Source: the human T2T-CHM13v2.0 reference genome, Homo sapiens. Taken from it: a DNA stretch of 64,000 bases. The notes under the pieces are model-generated. The model was not told the DNA's origin, did not search any database, and was given only the letters and a program-made list of their open reading frames with translations. The position numbers and the translations under genes were made by a program. Every line of letters begins with the position of its first letter. The first letter of the stretch is position 1. The stretch is taken from NCBI RefSeq assembly GCF_009914755.1, contig NC_060926.1. One strand, 5' to 3'. Shown in pieces: positions 1-14,353 of the stretch.

Positions 1-2813
1 TGTTAATTTTTGCTTTTGTTGCAATTGCTTTTGGTGTTTTTGTTATGAAATCTTTGCCCGTGCCTGTGTCCTAAATGATATTGCCCAGATTTTCTGCTAG
101 CATTTTTATAGTTTTGGGCTTTACATTTTAGTCTTTAATCCATTATGAGTTAATTTTGGTATATGGCTTAAGGAAGGGGTCCAGTTTCCATTTTTTACAT
201 ATGGCTAGCCAGTTATCCCAGCACCATTTATTGAATAGGGAATCCTTTCCCCCATTGCTTGTTTTTGTCAGGTTTGTCAAAGATCAAATGGTTATAGGTG
301 TGCGGTCTTATTTCTGAGTTCCCTATTCTATTCTGTTGGTCTATGTGTCTGTTCTGGTACCAGTACCATGCTGTTTTGGTTACTGTAACTTTGTAGTATA
401 GGTGGAAGTTAGGTAGTGTGATGGTCCAGCATTGTTGTTGTTGCTTAGGATTGTCTTGGCTATTCAGGCTCTTTTTTGGTCCCATATGAATTTTAAAGTA
501 GTTTTTTCTAATTCTGTGAAGACCATCAATGGTAGTTTAATGAGCATAGCATTGAATCTATAAATTACTTTGGGCAGTATGGCCATTTTCACAATGTTGA
601 TTCTTCCTATCCATGAGCATGGAATGTTTTTCCGTTTGTGTCTTCTCTGATTTCTTTGAGCAGTGGTTTGTAGTTCTGCTTGAAGAGGTCCTTCACTTCC
701 CTTGTCAGCAGTATTCCTAGGTATTTTATTCCTTTTATAGCAATTGTGAATGGGAGTTTATTTGTGATTTGGCTCTCTGCCTGCCTGTTGGGGTATAGGA
801 ATGCTAGTGATTTTTGCACATTAATTTTGTATCCTGAGACTGCTGATGTTGCTTATCAACTTAAAAAGCTTTTGGGCTGAGACGATGGGGTTTTCTAGAT
901 ATAGAATCATGTCATCTTCAAAGATAATTTGACTTCCTCTCTTCGTATTTCTTCCTCTTGCCTGATTGCCCTGGCCACAACTTCCAACATTGTGTGGAAT
1001 GGGGTGGTGAGAGAGGGCATTCCTGTCTTGTGGCAGTTTTCAAGGGGAATTCTTCCAGCTTCTGCCCATTCAGTATGATGTTGACTGTGGGTTTGTCATA
1101 GACGGCTCTTATTATTTCAAGATATGTTCCTTCAATACCTTGTTTATTGAGCATTTTTAACATGAAGGGATGTTGAATTTAATTGAAGGCCTTTTCTGCG
1201 TCTATTGAGATAATGTGATTTTTGTCTTTAGTTCTGTTTATGTGGTGAGTCACATTTACTGATTTGCATGTGTTGAACCAACCTTGCATCCCGGGGATGA
1301 AGCCAACTTGATCGTGGTAGATAAGCTTTTCGATGTGCTACTGGATTTGGTTTGCCAGTGTTTTCTTCAGGATTTTTGCATTGATGTTCATCAAGGATAT
1401 TGGCTTGGAGTTTTCTTTTTTTGTTGTATCTCTGCCAGGTTTTGGTTTCAGAATAATGCTGGCCTCATTTGATGAGTTAGGGAGGAGTCCCTCCTTTTCA
1501 ATTTTCGGGAATCATTTCAGTAGAAATCGTAGCAGCTCTTCTTTGTACCTTTGGTAGAATTCACTATGAATCTATCTGGTCCTGGGCTTTTTTTGGTTGG
1601 TAGGCTATTTATTACTGCCTCAATTTCAGAACTTGTTATTGGTCTGTTCAAGAATTCAATTTCTTCCTGGTTCAATCTTGGGAAGGTGTATATGTCCAGG
1701 AATTTATCTGTTTCTTCTAGATTTTCTAGTTTATATGCATAGAAATGTTTATAGTATTCTCTGATGGTTGTTGGTATTTCTGTGGGGTCAGTGGTAATAT
1801 CCTCCTTACCATTTCTGATTGTATTTATTTGATTCTTCTCTCTTTTCTTCTTTAGTCTAACCAGCAGTCTATTTTTTCAAAAAACCAGCTCCTGGATTAA
1901 TTGATTTTTTTTTGAAGGGTTTTTCATGTCTCTTTTCTCATTCAGTTCAGCTCTGATCTTAGTTATTTCTTATCTTCTGCTAGCTTTTGGGTTTGTTTGC
2001 TCTTGGTTCTCCAGTTCTTTTAGTTGTGATGTTAGGCTATTAACTTGAGATCTTTTTAATTTTTTTGATGTGGACATTTTAGTGCTATAAATTTCCCTCT
2101 TAACCTTGCTTTAGCTGAATCCCAGAGATTCTAGTATGTTGTATCTTTGTTCTCATTAGTTTCAAAGAACTTCTTGATTTCTGCCTTAATTTCATTATTT
2201 ACCCATAGTCATTCAGGAGCAGGTTGTTCAATATCCATATTGTTGTGTGGTTTTAGGGGAATTTCTTAACCTTGAGTTCTAATTTGATTGTGCTGGGGTC
2301 AGAGATTTTGTTATGATTTCAGTTCTTTTGCATTTGCTGAGGAGTGTTTTACTTCCAATTATGTGTTCAATTTTAGAGTAAGTACCATGTGGCGATGAGT
2401 AGAATGTGTATTCTGTTGGTTTTGGGTGGAGAGTTCTGTAGATATCTTTCAGGTCCATTTGATCCAGAGCTGAGTTCAGGTCTCGAATATCTGTGTTAAT
2501 TTTGTGTCTCAGTGATCTACTATTGTCAGTGGGGTGTTAAAGTCTCCCACTATTATTTTGTGGGAGTCTAAGTCTCTTTGTAGGTCCCTAGGAACTTGTT
2601 TTATGAATCTGGGTGCTCCTGGATTGGGTGCATATATGTTTTGGATAGTTGGCTCTTCTTATTGAATTGAACCCTTTACTATTATATAATGCCCCTCTTT
2701 ATCTTTTTTGATGTTTGTTGGTTTAAAGTCTGTTTTGTCAGAAACTAGGGTTACGACCCCTGCTGTTTTCCATTTGCTTGGTAAATGTTCCTCTATCCCC
2801 TTATTTTGAACCT

Positions 2814-3233
<420 letters not shown>

Positions 3234-3637
3234 TGAATGTGAGATGGGTCTGTTGAAGACAGCATACTAATGAGTCTTGGCTGATTATCTGGCTTGCCAT
3301 TCTATGTCTTTAATTGGGGCATTTAGTCCATTTACATTTAAGATTATTATTGTTATGTGTGAATTTGATCCTGTCATCATGATGCTAGCTGGTTATTTTA
3401 CAGACTTGTTTATGTTGTTGCTTCATAGTGTCACTGGTCTGTGCACTTCAGTGTGCTTTTTTACTGGCTGGTAATGATTCCTTTCCATATTTAATGCTTC
3501 CTTATGGAGCTTTTGCAAGACAGGCCTGGTGGTGATGAATTCCCTCAGCATTTGCTTGTCTGAAAAGGATCTTATTTCTCCTTCACTTATAAAGCTTACT
3601 TTCGCAGGATATGAAATTCTGAGTTGGAAATTCTAAA

Positions 3638-3771
3638 CCCATTTATGCTGGAGGTTGCAAAATTTTTTGTGAAAAATCAAACCTTGGCAATGACCTTGGC
3701 AATGAGCAGTAGGATATAAGTAACTCCAACAAGCTTAGTGTTCCAGTAATGGAACACTAGGCATAAATGGG
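3638..3771 (-). mobile_element. MER85 (non-autonomous piggyBac MITE) nested in L1 ORF1
   Basis: TIRs CCCATTTATGC...GCATAAATGGG; TTAA on the right and TAAA on the left; internal palindrome GTTCCAGTAATGGAAC at 3740-3755. Confidence 0.9.
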
Positions 3772-4922
3772 TTAAGAATGTTTAGTATTGGCCCCCAATC
3801 TCTTCTGGCCTGTAAGGCTTCCACTGAGAGGTCTGCTGTTAGTCTGATGGGCTTCCCTTTGTAGGTGACCTGGCCTTTCTCTCTGGCTGCCCTTAACTTT
3901 TTTTCCTTCATTTCAACCTTGGAGAATCTGATGATTAGGTGTCTTGGGGTTAATCTCATGAAGTATCTTACTGGGGTCCTCTACAGTTCCCGAATTTGAA
4001 TGTTGGCCTGTTTTGTTCATTCCCTTTAACGATTTTTGTTTATTCTTGTCTGCCTGTCTCATTTCAGAAAGATAGTCTTCAAGCTCTGAGATTCTTTCCT
4101 CCACTTGGTCTGTTCTGCTGTTGATACTTGTGATTGCATTGTGAAGTTCTTCTGTTGTGTTTTTCAGCTCCATCAGGTCAGTTACGCTCCCCTCTAAACT
4201 GGCTATTCTGGCTGTCAGCTCTTATATTGTTTTATCATGATTCTTAGCTTCTTTGCATTGTATTAGAACAAGCTCCTTTAGCTCAGCGAACTTTGTTATT
4301 GCTCACCTTCTGACGACTACTTCTGTCAATTCAACCATTTCATCCTTAGCCCAGTTCTGTGCCCTTGCTGGAGAGGTGTTGCAGCCATCTGGGGGAGACA
4401 AGGCACTCTGGCTTTTTGAGTTTTCAGCGTTTTTGTGTTGATTCTTTCTCATCTTTGTGGGCTTATCTACCTTTGATCTTTGAGGTTGCTGAACTTTGAA
4501 TTGGGTTTTTGTGGGGTCTTTTGTTGTCATTGTTGTTTTCTGTTCTTTTTTTCTTTTAACAGTCAGTCTACTGTTCCATAGGGCTGCTGTGGTTTGCTGG
4601 GGATCCACTCCAGATCCTAGTTGCCTCAGTTTTTCCCATACCTGGAGGTATCACCAATGAAGGCTATGAAATAGCAAAGATGGCAGCCTGTTCCTTCCTC
4701 TGGAAGCTTTGTCCCAGGGGGGTACTGACCTGTTGCCAGCTTGAACTGCACCTGTAGGAGGTGTTTGGAGATCCCTTTTGTGAAGAGTCACCCAGTCAAG
4801 AGGAACAGGATCACAGACCCACTTCTTAAAGAAGCAATCTGGCTGTTTTTTGGTAGTGCAGCTGTGCTCTGTTGTGGGGGACCCTTCCTCATTCAGACCA
4901 TCTGGACTCTCCAGAGTCAGCA

Positions 4923-4963
4923 GACTGGAGCTGCTGAGTCGACTGGAGCTGCTGAGTCGACTG
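4923..4963. repeat. 18-bp tandem duplication in the L1 5'UTR
   Basis: GACTGGAGCTGCTGAGTC x2 plus GACTG. Confidence 0.9.
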
Positions 4964-6087
4964 AATTGCAGAGATAGCAGCTGTCCCTGCCCCCAGCAAC
5001 TCGGTCCTTCTCAGACCAACTTCAGCCTCTCACTGCTGGCTGGCTGGCTGGAATTCCAAGCCAGTGTGTCTTCACTTGTGAGGTGCCATGGAAGTGGGGC
5101 CCACAGAACAATGCTGTTTGGCTCCCTGGATTCAGACCCCTTCCTAGGGATATGTACTGACGGATCATCCCCCTTGCCGGGATCCTGGGGCCAGAGTATG
5201 CAGAACTCCTGGGTCTCTGTGTGTGCCCAAGTGACTGCTCTGCCAGGACACCACACAGCTCTGTATTGGTCACAAGGCCCTGTTGGCTTGGGGTTACAAG
5301 GGGATCTCCTGATCTGCTGGTTGCAGAGATCTATGGATGGTTTCCCAGACGGGATCGCACACTCACTCACTGCTTCCCTTGGCTGGGGGTGGGGTTTCCT
5401 TTGGCTCCCTGCTGCTCCTGGGTGAGCCGTCACCCTACCCTGCTTTTCTTCATTCTCCAAGGGTCGAGCTGGTTGCCTAGTCAGTCCCAGTGCAAGAACC
5501 TGGATATTTCAGTTGAAGGGGCTGAATTCACTCACTGCCTTCATTCCTTTCCATGAGCGCCGCAGACCGCAGCTGCTTCTAACTGGCTATCTTGCCCCCA
5601 CCCCCACCCCCTCCCACCCCCCACCCCCACCCCCACTCCATCCTCTGCCATTTGAAGTTTTATCTTGTGCTACGGAGTGGCCATTCTAGTTTCACTAGAT
5701 CTTATCAAGGATCTTACAAACCAATCATTCTTAGTGTTTCTTTACAGAATTTGGCAGTGGGGAAAATTTAGTGTATTTAAGAGGGATTCCTTGAATTCTT
5801 CCATAGATTGGTTATTTGGGGTTTTTCTTTTTGTATAAGGTGTCTTTATGTAAGGACTTTTGTTAGACAGCCTGTTTAGTATGTTGATTTGCTAATGTAT
5901 TTCTATGATATATTTAAAGTGTTTCTGTGTTATGTTTATAGTGTCTATAATATGATATACTCACTTCCATTGTGGGCTTCTACTTTTATGACAGCAGTAG
6001 GTTCAAAGCATTATCAAGGCATCAACTAATTCATGTTTGTTGTTCATTTTTAAAGGATAGTTGAAGCTAAGAAATGTCTTTGTTTCT

Positions 6088-6626
<539 letters not shown>

Positions 6627-6999
6627 AAATGTCTTTGTTTCTCTAGCATTTCAAAGGAGTGAATTATTCTAAAAGTATTGTAGATACTAGAACATATATT
6701 CATTCTTTATTTTCACAATTTTTCATGCCTTACGAAGGCCACAGTTTAGTCATTGAAACAATTTGGGTCCTGGTAAGGAATTAAATTCCTTAATAGACAT
6801 TTGTTGACATTATATAAGCAGCCTGATTTGTCCCTTTTTTTAAAAAATATAAGATTCATCAACAAACAATAAGAAGTCAGAATTTGGTATTGAAGTGTGC
6901 ATATGTTCTGTTCAGGACATGAATACGCACTTGAATTACTGAAACGCTGTAATGAAATTCTCTTCCATTGAGTAAGAAATATAAAATTGCTGTGTTAAG

Positions 7000-7845
7000 G
7001 CTATTAAGCCAGGACTTCTGCTTCTGACCACGATAGGGTTTCAGGGACCAGATTATCCTCCCACCTAAAGCAACCAAAAAACAGACAAATATAGAGACGT
7101 TGGTTTTTAAGAACACTGGAAGTCATGCAGTAAGAAACAGTGATCCTTGAGAGAAAGGGAGCAAATGAGGTGAGCCCTAAAACTGCCCCAGTGTATTGAG
7201 AAGGAATCAAGGTAGAGCCCAGCAGGTCCCCTGAGTTAAGAGCCAGAGCTGAGATTCCAAAGAGACAGAAGTAGCTAGAGTACCAGGACAGAGACCAGAA
7301 AGGAGAGCTGGACAGAGGGGACATATTCAGACATCTGCAGAGGTTCTCTTAGAGTATTCAGAGGCTTTCTTGTCAGCACACACATGTGAGGAAACCATCT
7401 AAGGCTGGAGAAAGAATTATCCACAAGGGTTAGCGGTAATGAAACCTGGTACAAAAATATAGTGCCAGTTCCCACCTGCCAGAATTGGAAACCTCATTGG
7501 GTAGAGTATACAAAAGGATCTTATCTCAGTGGCAGAGAACTGTTAGCCGTCAGTGTACACTACTGTGGTCTCACCTAATGAATCTTAACCCCAAATGATC
7601 TGTTTCCAATTAACTGTGTCCAGGACAAGGCTTAAGAATATTTACAGGAACACTAAAATATATGGCATTCGTCAAGGTAAAATCACAATGTCTGGCATCC
7701 AATCCATAACTATCAGGCATGCGAAGAAGCAGGAAAATATGGCCCATAAAGAGAAATCAATCAAAATTGACCCAGTACTAACACAGATGTTAGAATTAGT
7801 AAACACAGACATTATCATTATAACTGTATTCTGTATGTTCAAAGT
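7000..7845 (+). mobile_element. Ancient L1M 5'-region fragment
   Basis: Motifs typical of L1M 5'/ORF1 start (caaggtaaaatcacaatgtctggcatccaa...aggcatgcgaagaagcaggaaaatatggcccataa); boundaries approximate. Confidence 0.55.
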
Positions 7846-7878
7846 ATTATGCCAGTGGATGGTATTATGAGAAAGATA

Positions 7879-8200
7879 CAGTCATATGTTGCTTAATGGC
7901 AGGGATATGTTCTGAGAAATGTGTCCTTAGGTAATTTTGTCATTGGGCACATACCACAGTATGTACTCACACAAACTAGATGGTGTAGCCTACTACACAC
8001 CTAGCTGTATAGCATATTCTATTGCTCTTAGGCTACAAAGCTGTTACTGTACTGAGTACTGTAGGCAGTTGTTATGCAATGGTATTTGTGTATCTAAACA
8101 TGTAAAAGGTACAGTAGAAATACAGTATTGTATCTAATGGGACCACAGTCATATATGCAGTCTGTCATTGAATGAAATGTCATCATGCAGCACATGTCTG
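7879..8200. mobile_element. Tigger3a/MER7-like TcMar DNA transposon MITE
   Basis: Imperfect TIRs CAGTCATATG...CACATGTCTG flanked by TA on both sides. Confidence 0.85.
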
Positions 8201-10884
8201 TAGTGACAATAATTCATAATTATGTAATTAGTAGAAAAATGATGAGTGGCTTTTTTTTTTAGCAATACAGATTTATTTACCACATGGTAACAACAGATTT
8301 CTTAAAAATCTTAATTAGGATATTGATCCTAATACAAGATTTGTAGATGCTTTGACTAATTTTTTGAGTGAACTCATTGTTCTGAGGAAAGGAGGCTAAG
8401 CCATGGCCACTGAATTAAGGGATAGGCAGTGCTTCTTCTAAGTGTGTTCAATTAACACCCCTAGAGCATGGCCTAACATTTTCATGTTTGTACAAAAAGA
8501 GATTTATGAAAATCTAGGAAGAATCCATCTGTACTGTAATTGACTTTGCTCCAGTTAATCTGTCTGTGGAGTCTTTTGCCCTTGTACCATAGCTATTTCT
8601 CTGGTAGTTGCTTGAGGTATTTAGTGAGATTAGTGGTATATTCTAATGTCAGCTATACTCTGATCATATGTAAGAGCTGGAGTATATATTATGAAATCTA
8701 TAGGTGTCACAGAGAATATAAGGGTATTGTCCTGACAGTGATCCCAAAGTATCAGCTACAGATTGGGACTTAGTATTGTAATTTCTCATTTTTTTATTGT
8801 TTCTAGGAAACCAAAGCAAATAAAGTTCATTTCCCCTCAAGCTTCTATAATCATTATGCATTCTAAAATTCACCTTTTATCTTTTTCTATTATCTATTAT
8901 CTGTCATAAACAGTTGAGTTTAAGACAAAATCTCTCATAAGTCAGTTTGCCTTTTTGCATTTTGGACAACTTTAAAATTCCTCTCTGAAGGATCCGATGT
9001 TCCATAGTGGTGGGATTAATTGTAGAGGACACTAAGATCAACAAGAATGCTATATTGTTCTACTTGGGAGTGTAGAGAAAGGAGAAGGAGTTGTTGTGAA
9101 CTAATGTCTCCCTTGGAGTGGCATCATTAGGCAGGTTTTGGATAGGTATCCTTCAATTTCTGACCCAGTATTAGACCATTGTTCTTTCAGTGATCCTTTT
9201 ACTTACACTATCTTCTCGTTTCTTCAATAGTCTTTCCATTCTTAACAGGAGACTTTCTGGTCTAGTTTTATGTCAGAGATCAGTTTTATATAAAGAACCA
9301 TAAGTCCTATTGATTTCTAGATTGTATACTTTTTAAGGCTACCCAAAAACATTTGTTCACATATTAGATGTTTTCTAAAATAGTTTAATGTTTCAATTTA
9401 CTTTTTTTCTTATGACACTCTGAAATTTAGATTTAGGCCCATTAATAAAAAGAGAGGATAAGGCTTTCTTTACTTAATCTGTTGGTTCTACCCCAGAATA
9501 CTATATGAAAGAAGGGCAAAACTGCTAAGACATTTGCCAACTATTTAACATTTGGCATCGCTCTTCTCAAGAGCATTTATTCTGGCTCTTATCTGGTGAT
9601 CAGTCATGTCATTGAGCAAAAGGGGCTTAAGTTGGCACTATACCATGTGATCCTGTGTTCCCTGCCTTGGACTTCTTTAGACAATAGAGACTTTATAAAT
9701 CACTTTCTAATTGTAAGCCCTTTTATAAATGGTCAGAAACAATGTACAGTGTAGAGCAGACTAAAATAGACTATGGAATATTTTCTGTTTACCAACCTCA
9801 ACAGAAAGACAGCTTTGCTTTTTTTTTTTTTTTTTTTGTAGTTCTAATAATATTGAGTCTCATTGGACTGGTCATATGCCTACTGTCAACCAATCACTGT
9901 GACTTGAAAGATGGATTATGCACTGATGCTGGGTCTGGGTGCCATGTTCCATCTCTGAAACTGAGGATGGTTTCCCAAAGCAAATCAAGGTGATGTTCTC
10001 ATAAGAAAGGGTAAATGGTGTTAGGTCAGACCAAAACCACAGATGTCCAACAGTCAAAAGATTGTAAGTAGAGAAAATACACCAAGGTGGTCACTATTGA
10101 ATTTTATTAATGCTGCAGCCAGAGAGCTCTGAGCTTGTGCTGGGTTATTCTTTTATACTGACACCCCTTTTTCTTTAGAGCATTTATATAAGATACCCAC
10201 AAGCTGTCAAGTTCTTCCTGAAGTTTTTAAAAACTGATTCTTTAATAACCTAAATATAGGAACCTCCAGGTAGCTAGACAATGGCAGCTGCATAGCTACC
10301 TACCTCTCAGTATTTCCTCCACCAGCAATATGCAACAAGACAGGAAAAGTCAGTTCTACATAAAAAACACACCCTCAGCATAATTTGAAGATGGACAATG
10401 CCAAATCTTCAAAATATCCAAGTAAAAAGAGAAAAATCACCAAACCCCTCTCCACACTCTGTCATATGAGTATTTCTGCGCAACCCTCACCTCACCACAA
10501 AGTAGCAAACAAAGGCAGAGCAAGAAAAACTGTAGGGACTACAGAAAAAGGAAGCTAGTGCGGGGGTCCAAGGTTGATCTGAAACTACCACCACAAAGAC
10601 TAAATGGACCCTAAGTCTGGAAATACTCAAAAAAAAAAAAAAGTGTCCAGGCAGATGACAGCATGAACTACAGGGAAGGAACTTTAGGATACATAGGATT
10701 TAAAGATGCAGGCATGTTTAAAGGCAAAGGGCATAGCTTCTGAAAAGGCAAAAAGAAAGGGAGAAAGCCCCTTTTGGCAATTGGATTGTTAAAAAGAAAG
10801 GAAAAAAAGGAAAGGAAAAGAGGGCTTAGCAAGAAAAAAGAGAAGCATAAAATCAAAGGACTCAGAACCCTTCCCACAATCATC

Positions 10885-10885
<1 letters not shown>

Positions 10886-10930
<45 letters not shown>

Positions 10931-10945
10931 CTCTCTCTCTCTCTC
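10886..10945. repeat. (CA)n(CT)n compound microsatellite
   Basis: Direct reading. Confidence 0.97.
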
Positions 10946-11503
10946 ACCTGGAAAAACACCTGGACTTTGCACACACCTGGACTTTGCTACATTCACAGAA
11001 GAGGACATGACAAACTAGAAATATTGATAAACAGCCCAATACCACAAACAGGAGCAAGAGGAAAGTTCATACAGAGCTACTGCCAGAAATCAAGAAATGA
11101 AATTCCCTTATATCAAATTAGGAAAAAATTCCCCAATAAACAATTACAAAGGAGAAGAAACTGAAAGTGAACACTTCAAACAAATATATTCAGACAAACT
11201 TTGAGGATATGAAAAAACATTGTGAAACAAATTCAAAAACAGGATGTGGACAGAAGTGGACAGAAATCAGAGATAAAAGCAAGAGTCATTGAAAAAGCCA
11301 GGAAAACAACCAAGAAAATGAAAATGACAAAAGAAGAAATAAAAAAGATTAGAGAAAAAGTAATGGAATGGAAAACTGTAATATTTATGTTATTGAGGAA
11401 GAAAATTAAGTTAACAGAGGTTATTTTTAAAACTATAATCCAAGAGCACTTTCAAAAATACAAGAAAAAAATCAATCTATAAACTTAAAGTGTTTAACAA
11501 GTA

Positions 11504-12001
<498 letters not shown>

Positions 12002-12067
12002 TTACAAAGGCAAAAGACTGTCAGACATTGAGAAACCAATACAGTTAGCAAGGTGACAAGGAAGTGG

Positions 12068-12470
12068 TGTGGTTGGCAGGATTCTAAGAGAGGCCCCAGG
12101 ATTCTGTGCCCACTGGTGAACATGCCTGCATCATCCCTAGACTGTGAAAGTGATGGATTTTACTCCCGTAATTAGATCGTATGTCACAGTTAATTTTAAG
12201 AAAGGGAGATTATCCTGGCGGGCCTGACCTAATCACATAATCCCTTTAACAGCAATTTTCTCCAGATGCTTGAAGAAGAGAAAGAGATTTAAAGCACAAG
12301 AAGGGTTTCATGTGCCCTTGCTGGCTTGAAGAGGAAGAAGCCACGTATGCAGGTGGCCTCTAGCAGCTGAGAGTGGCCCCTGACTGAAAGTCAGCAAGAA
12401 AGCAGAGACCTCAGTCCCAAAACTGCACCCACCTGAAGGAGCTTGGCAGCACATTCCTTCCCTGAAGTTG
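12068..12470 (+). mobile_element. MLT1-type MaLR LTR (partial)
   Basis: TGTGG start; MLT1 motifs aagggagattatcctgg and gtggcctctag.agctgagag; 3' end approximate. Confidence 0.75.
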
Positions 12471-14353
12471 CTTTAGGGCTTGGAGCCAAGTGGAGATGGA
12501 GCTGAATGTTGAGTAGAGTTGACCTGGCTCAGTCTGGGCCACCAGTCCATTTCCTGACAGCCCCTCAGCACTTCTGTACCTTTTCCAGCACCCAAAAAGG
12601 GTGCCTTGGGGCAGGTAGAATCTACCACCAATAATAATGATTCCTGTCAAAGGAAACCCAAATAGGATTTCTCTCCCAGCCTAGGTGAGGCTTGTAAGTT
12701 TCTGATTTCTACTGCCTTTAATGTAGGTGCCAGCACCTCTTCCCACACCTTTAAAATCACTGCTGCCTCTACTGCTCCGAGGCATTGGAGTAGCTGAACA
12801 GAGCTATCCTATGTTGTTTCCTCTGATTCTCTAAAGTCTCAGCTTTGCCTCCTTCCATCAGAATCAAGAATCATCGTTTCTTTTGCCTCTTGAGCTGCCT
12901 GAAATGGCCTGCAGATGGCAGCACTCTTGACTCTTCTCCGCCTTCAGGGCTTTTGTAAACAGAAGTAAGTTCTTGACAAGCCCTAGCGGACAGACACCAA
13001 GTGAGAAGACTTCTGGCTTCCTGAGGAGACTAGGTTCATTTTTGTTTAAGGGAAAGCCGAAAGCTTGCTATAAAGCTTAGCCAAGCCCACAGGCCATGTA
13101 CTCTTTTTGTACTTCTAATCCTGAAGTAATCTCAGAGAGCTTTGTAAATCCTTCACAATCCACCTCTGTCTCTTAGCCTCTGAGGCGCCCCCAGCTCCCA
13201 CTTTCCCTGTTAGCTTTCCACATCCGCTATTTCAGTGGTCCTGTTTGTTCTCTATTTTGTTGGTCAGATGTAGATGGGGCTGGTCTGCTTTCTTCTGGGA
13301 TCCTCCTAAGAACTCCACTCGACTTCCCTAGATCTTCCTTATTTTTCTAAACACAATCCAACTTTATTTTGAAGTTTCATGTTGGCCATAAAAGGGGAAA
13401 AAAATTGATAAACTTGATGATACTAAAATCTAAAACTTGAGTCTTAAAGACACCACAAATAAAGTGAAAAGTGACAAAGGCTTAATACTAGAATAAGAAT
13501 GCCTATGATTCAATAAGAAATATGATCCAATTTTTTAAAAATTGGCAGAGAATCTCAAAAGCGATCCAGAGAAGAAAGAAAAATCCAAAAGGTTTATAAA
13601 TATATGAAAAGATAGATTTCAACTTAACCAGTATGCAAATGAAACAATTATTTTTCACATATCTGTTGGGACAAAAATATGAAGTTTGAAGCAAGCGTGG
13701 GGAAACAGGTATCCTCACACAACTGATACAGCCATTTGGGAGGGCATCGTGGCAGCATGTACTGTGTTCAAATGCATGTACCCTACAATCCAGGAATTAT
13801 GGCTATGTACACAAGGAGGCACGCAGTTTTTTTCTTTCTCCCCTGGAGAGGCTAACTTGGTTCCTACAGGTCCTGTGCATCCTAGGAGGAAAACTTTAGG
13901 CCTTTCCATGTAAATTATCTGCAAGACAAACAGACCTTTATATTGTTAACATTGACACTTGCAGCAGAACTTCAGTGTGTTAGCGCCTTACCATCTCTTT
14001 TCTCTCGGGCTTACCAGAGAGACCCTCTAGGAAAACAATGGGAATAGGAAGAGAAAAGATATTGAGGAGAGGGGGAAAAAACCTATCCTGTTACTCAGCA
14101 GCTGAAATTATCAAGATATTTTTGGCCTTTAAAAATTTCCTAGAGTTAATGTGAATTGTTTTTCACTCATTCCAAAGCTGGCTTTAGTCTGCAACTCGAA
14201 GGTAAACTTTTTCGTTTCGTGGCACACAGAATACACAGCACTATATGTAAGGTATGCTGAGATGAATGGTAAAGGCTGCTCTGGGATTTGCTGGCTTCCC
14301 CAAGGCCTGACAGGTGATCACACTTGCTCCCAGCACAAAGTTGGAGCACTGTC

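Noticed and set aside
4850-5556. Overlapping 111-191 aa ORFs on both strands
   Set aside because: They lie in the GC-rich L1 5'UTR, where stop codons are scarce; no recognisable protein features.
12470-13350. Repeat-poor, moderately GC-rich intergenic stretch (possible enhancer or exon of a neighbouring transcript)
   Set aside because: No credible ORF, splice-site pair or motif cluster can be supported from sequence alone.
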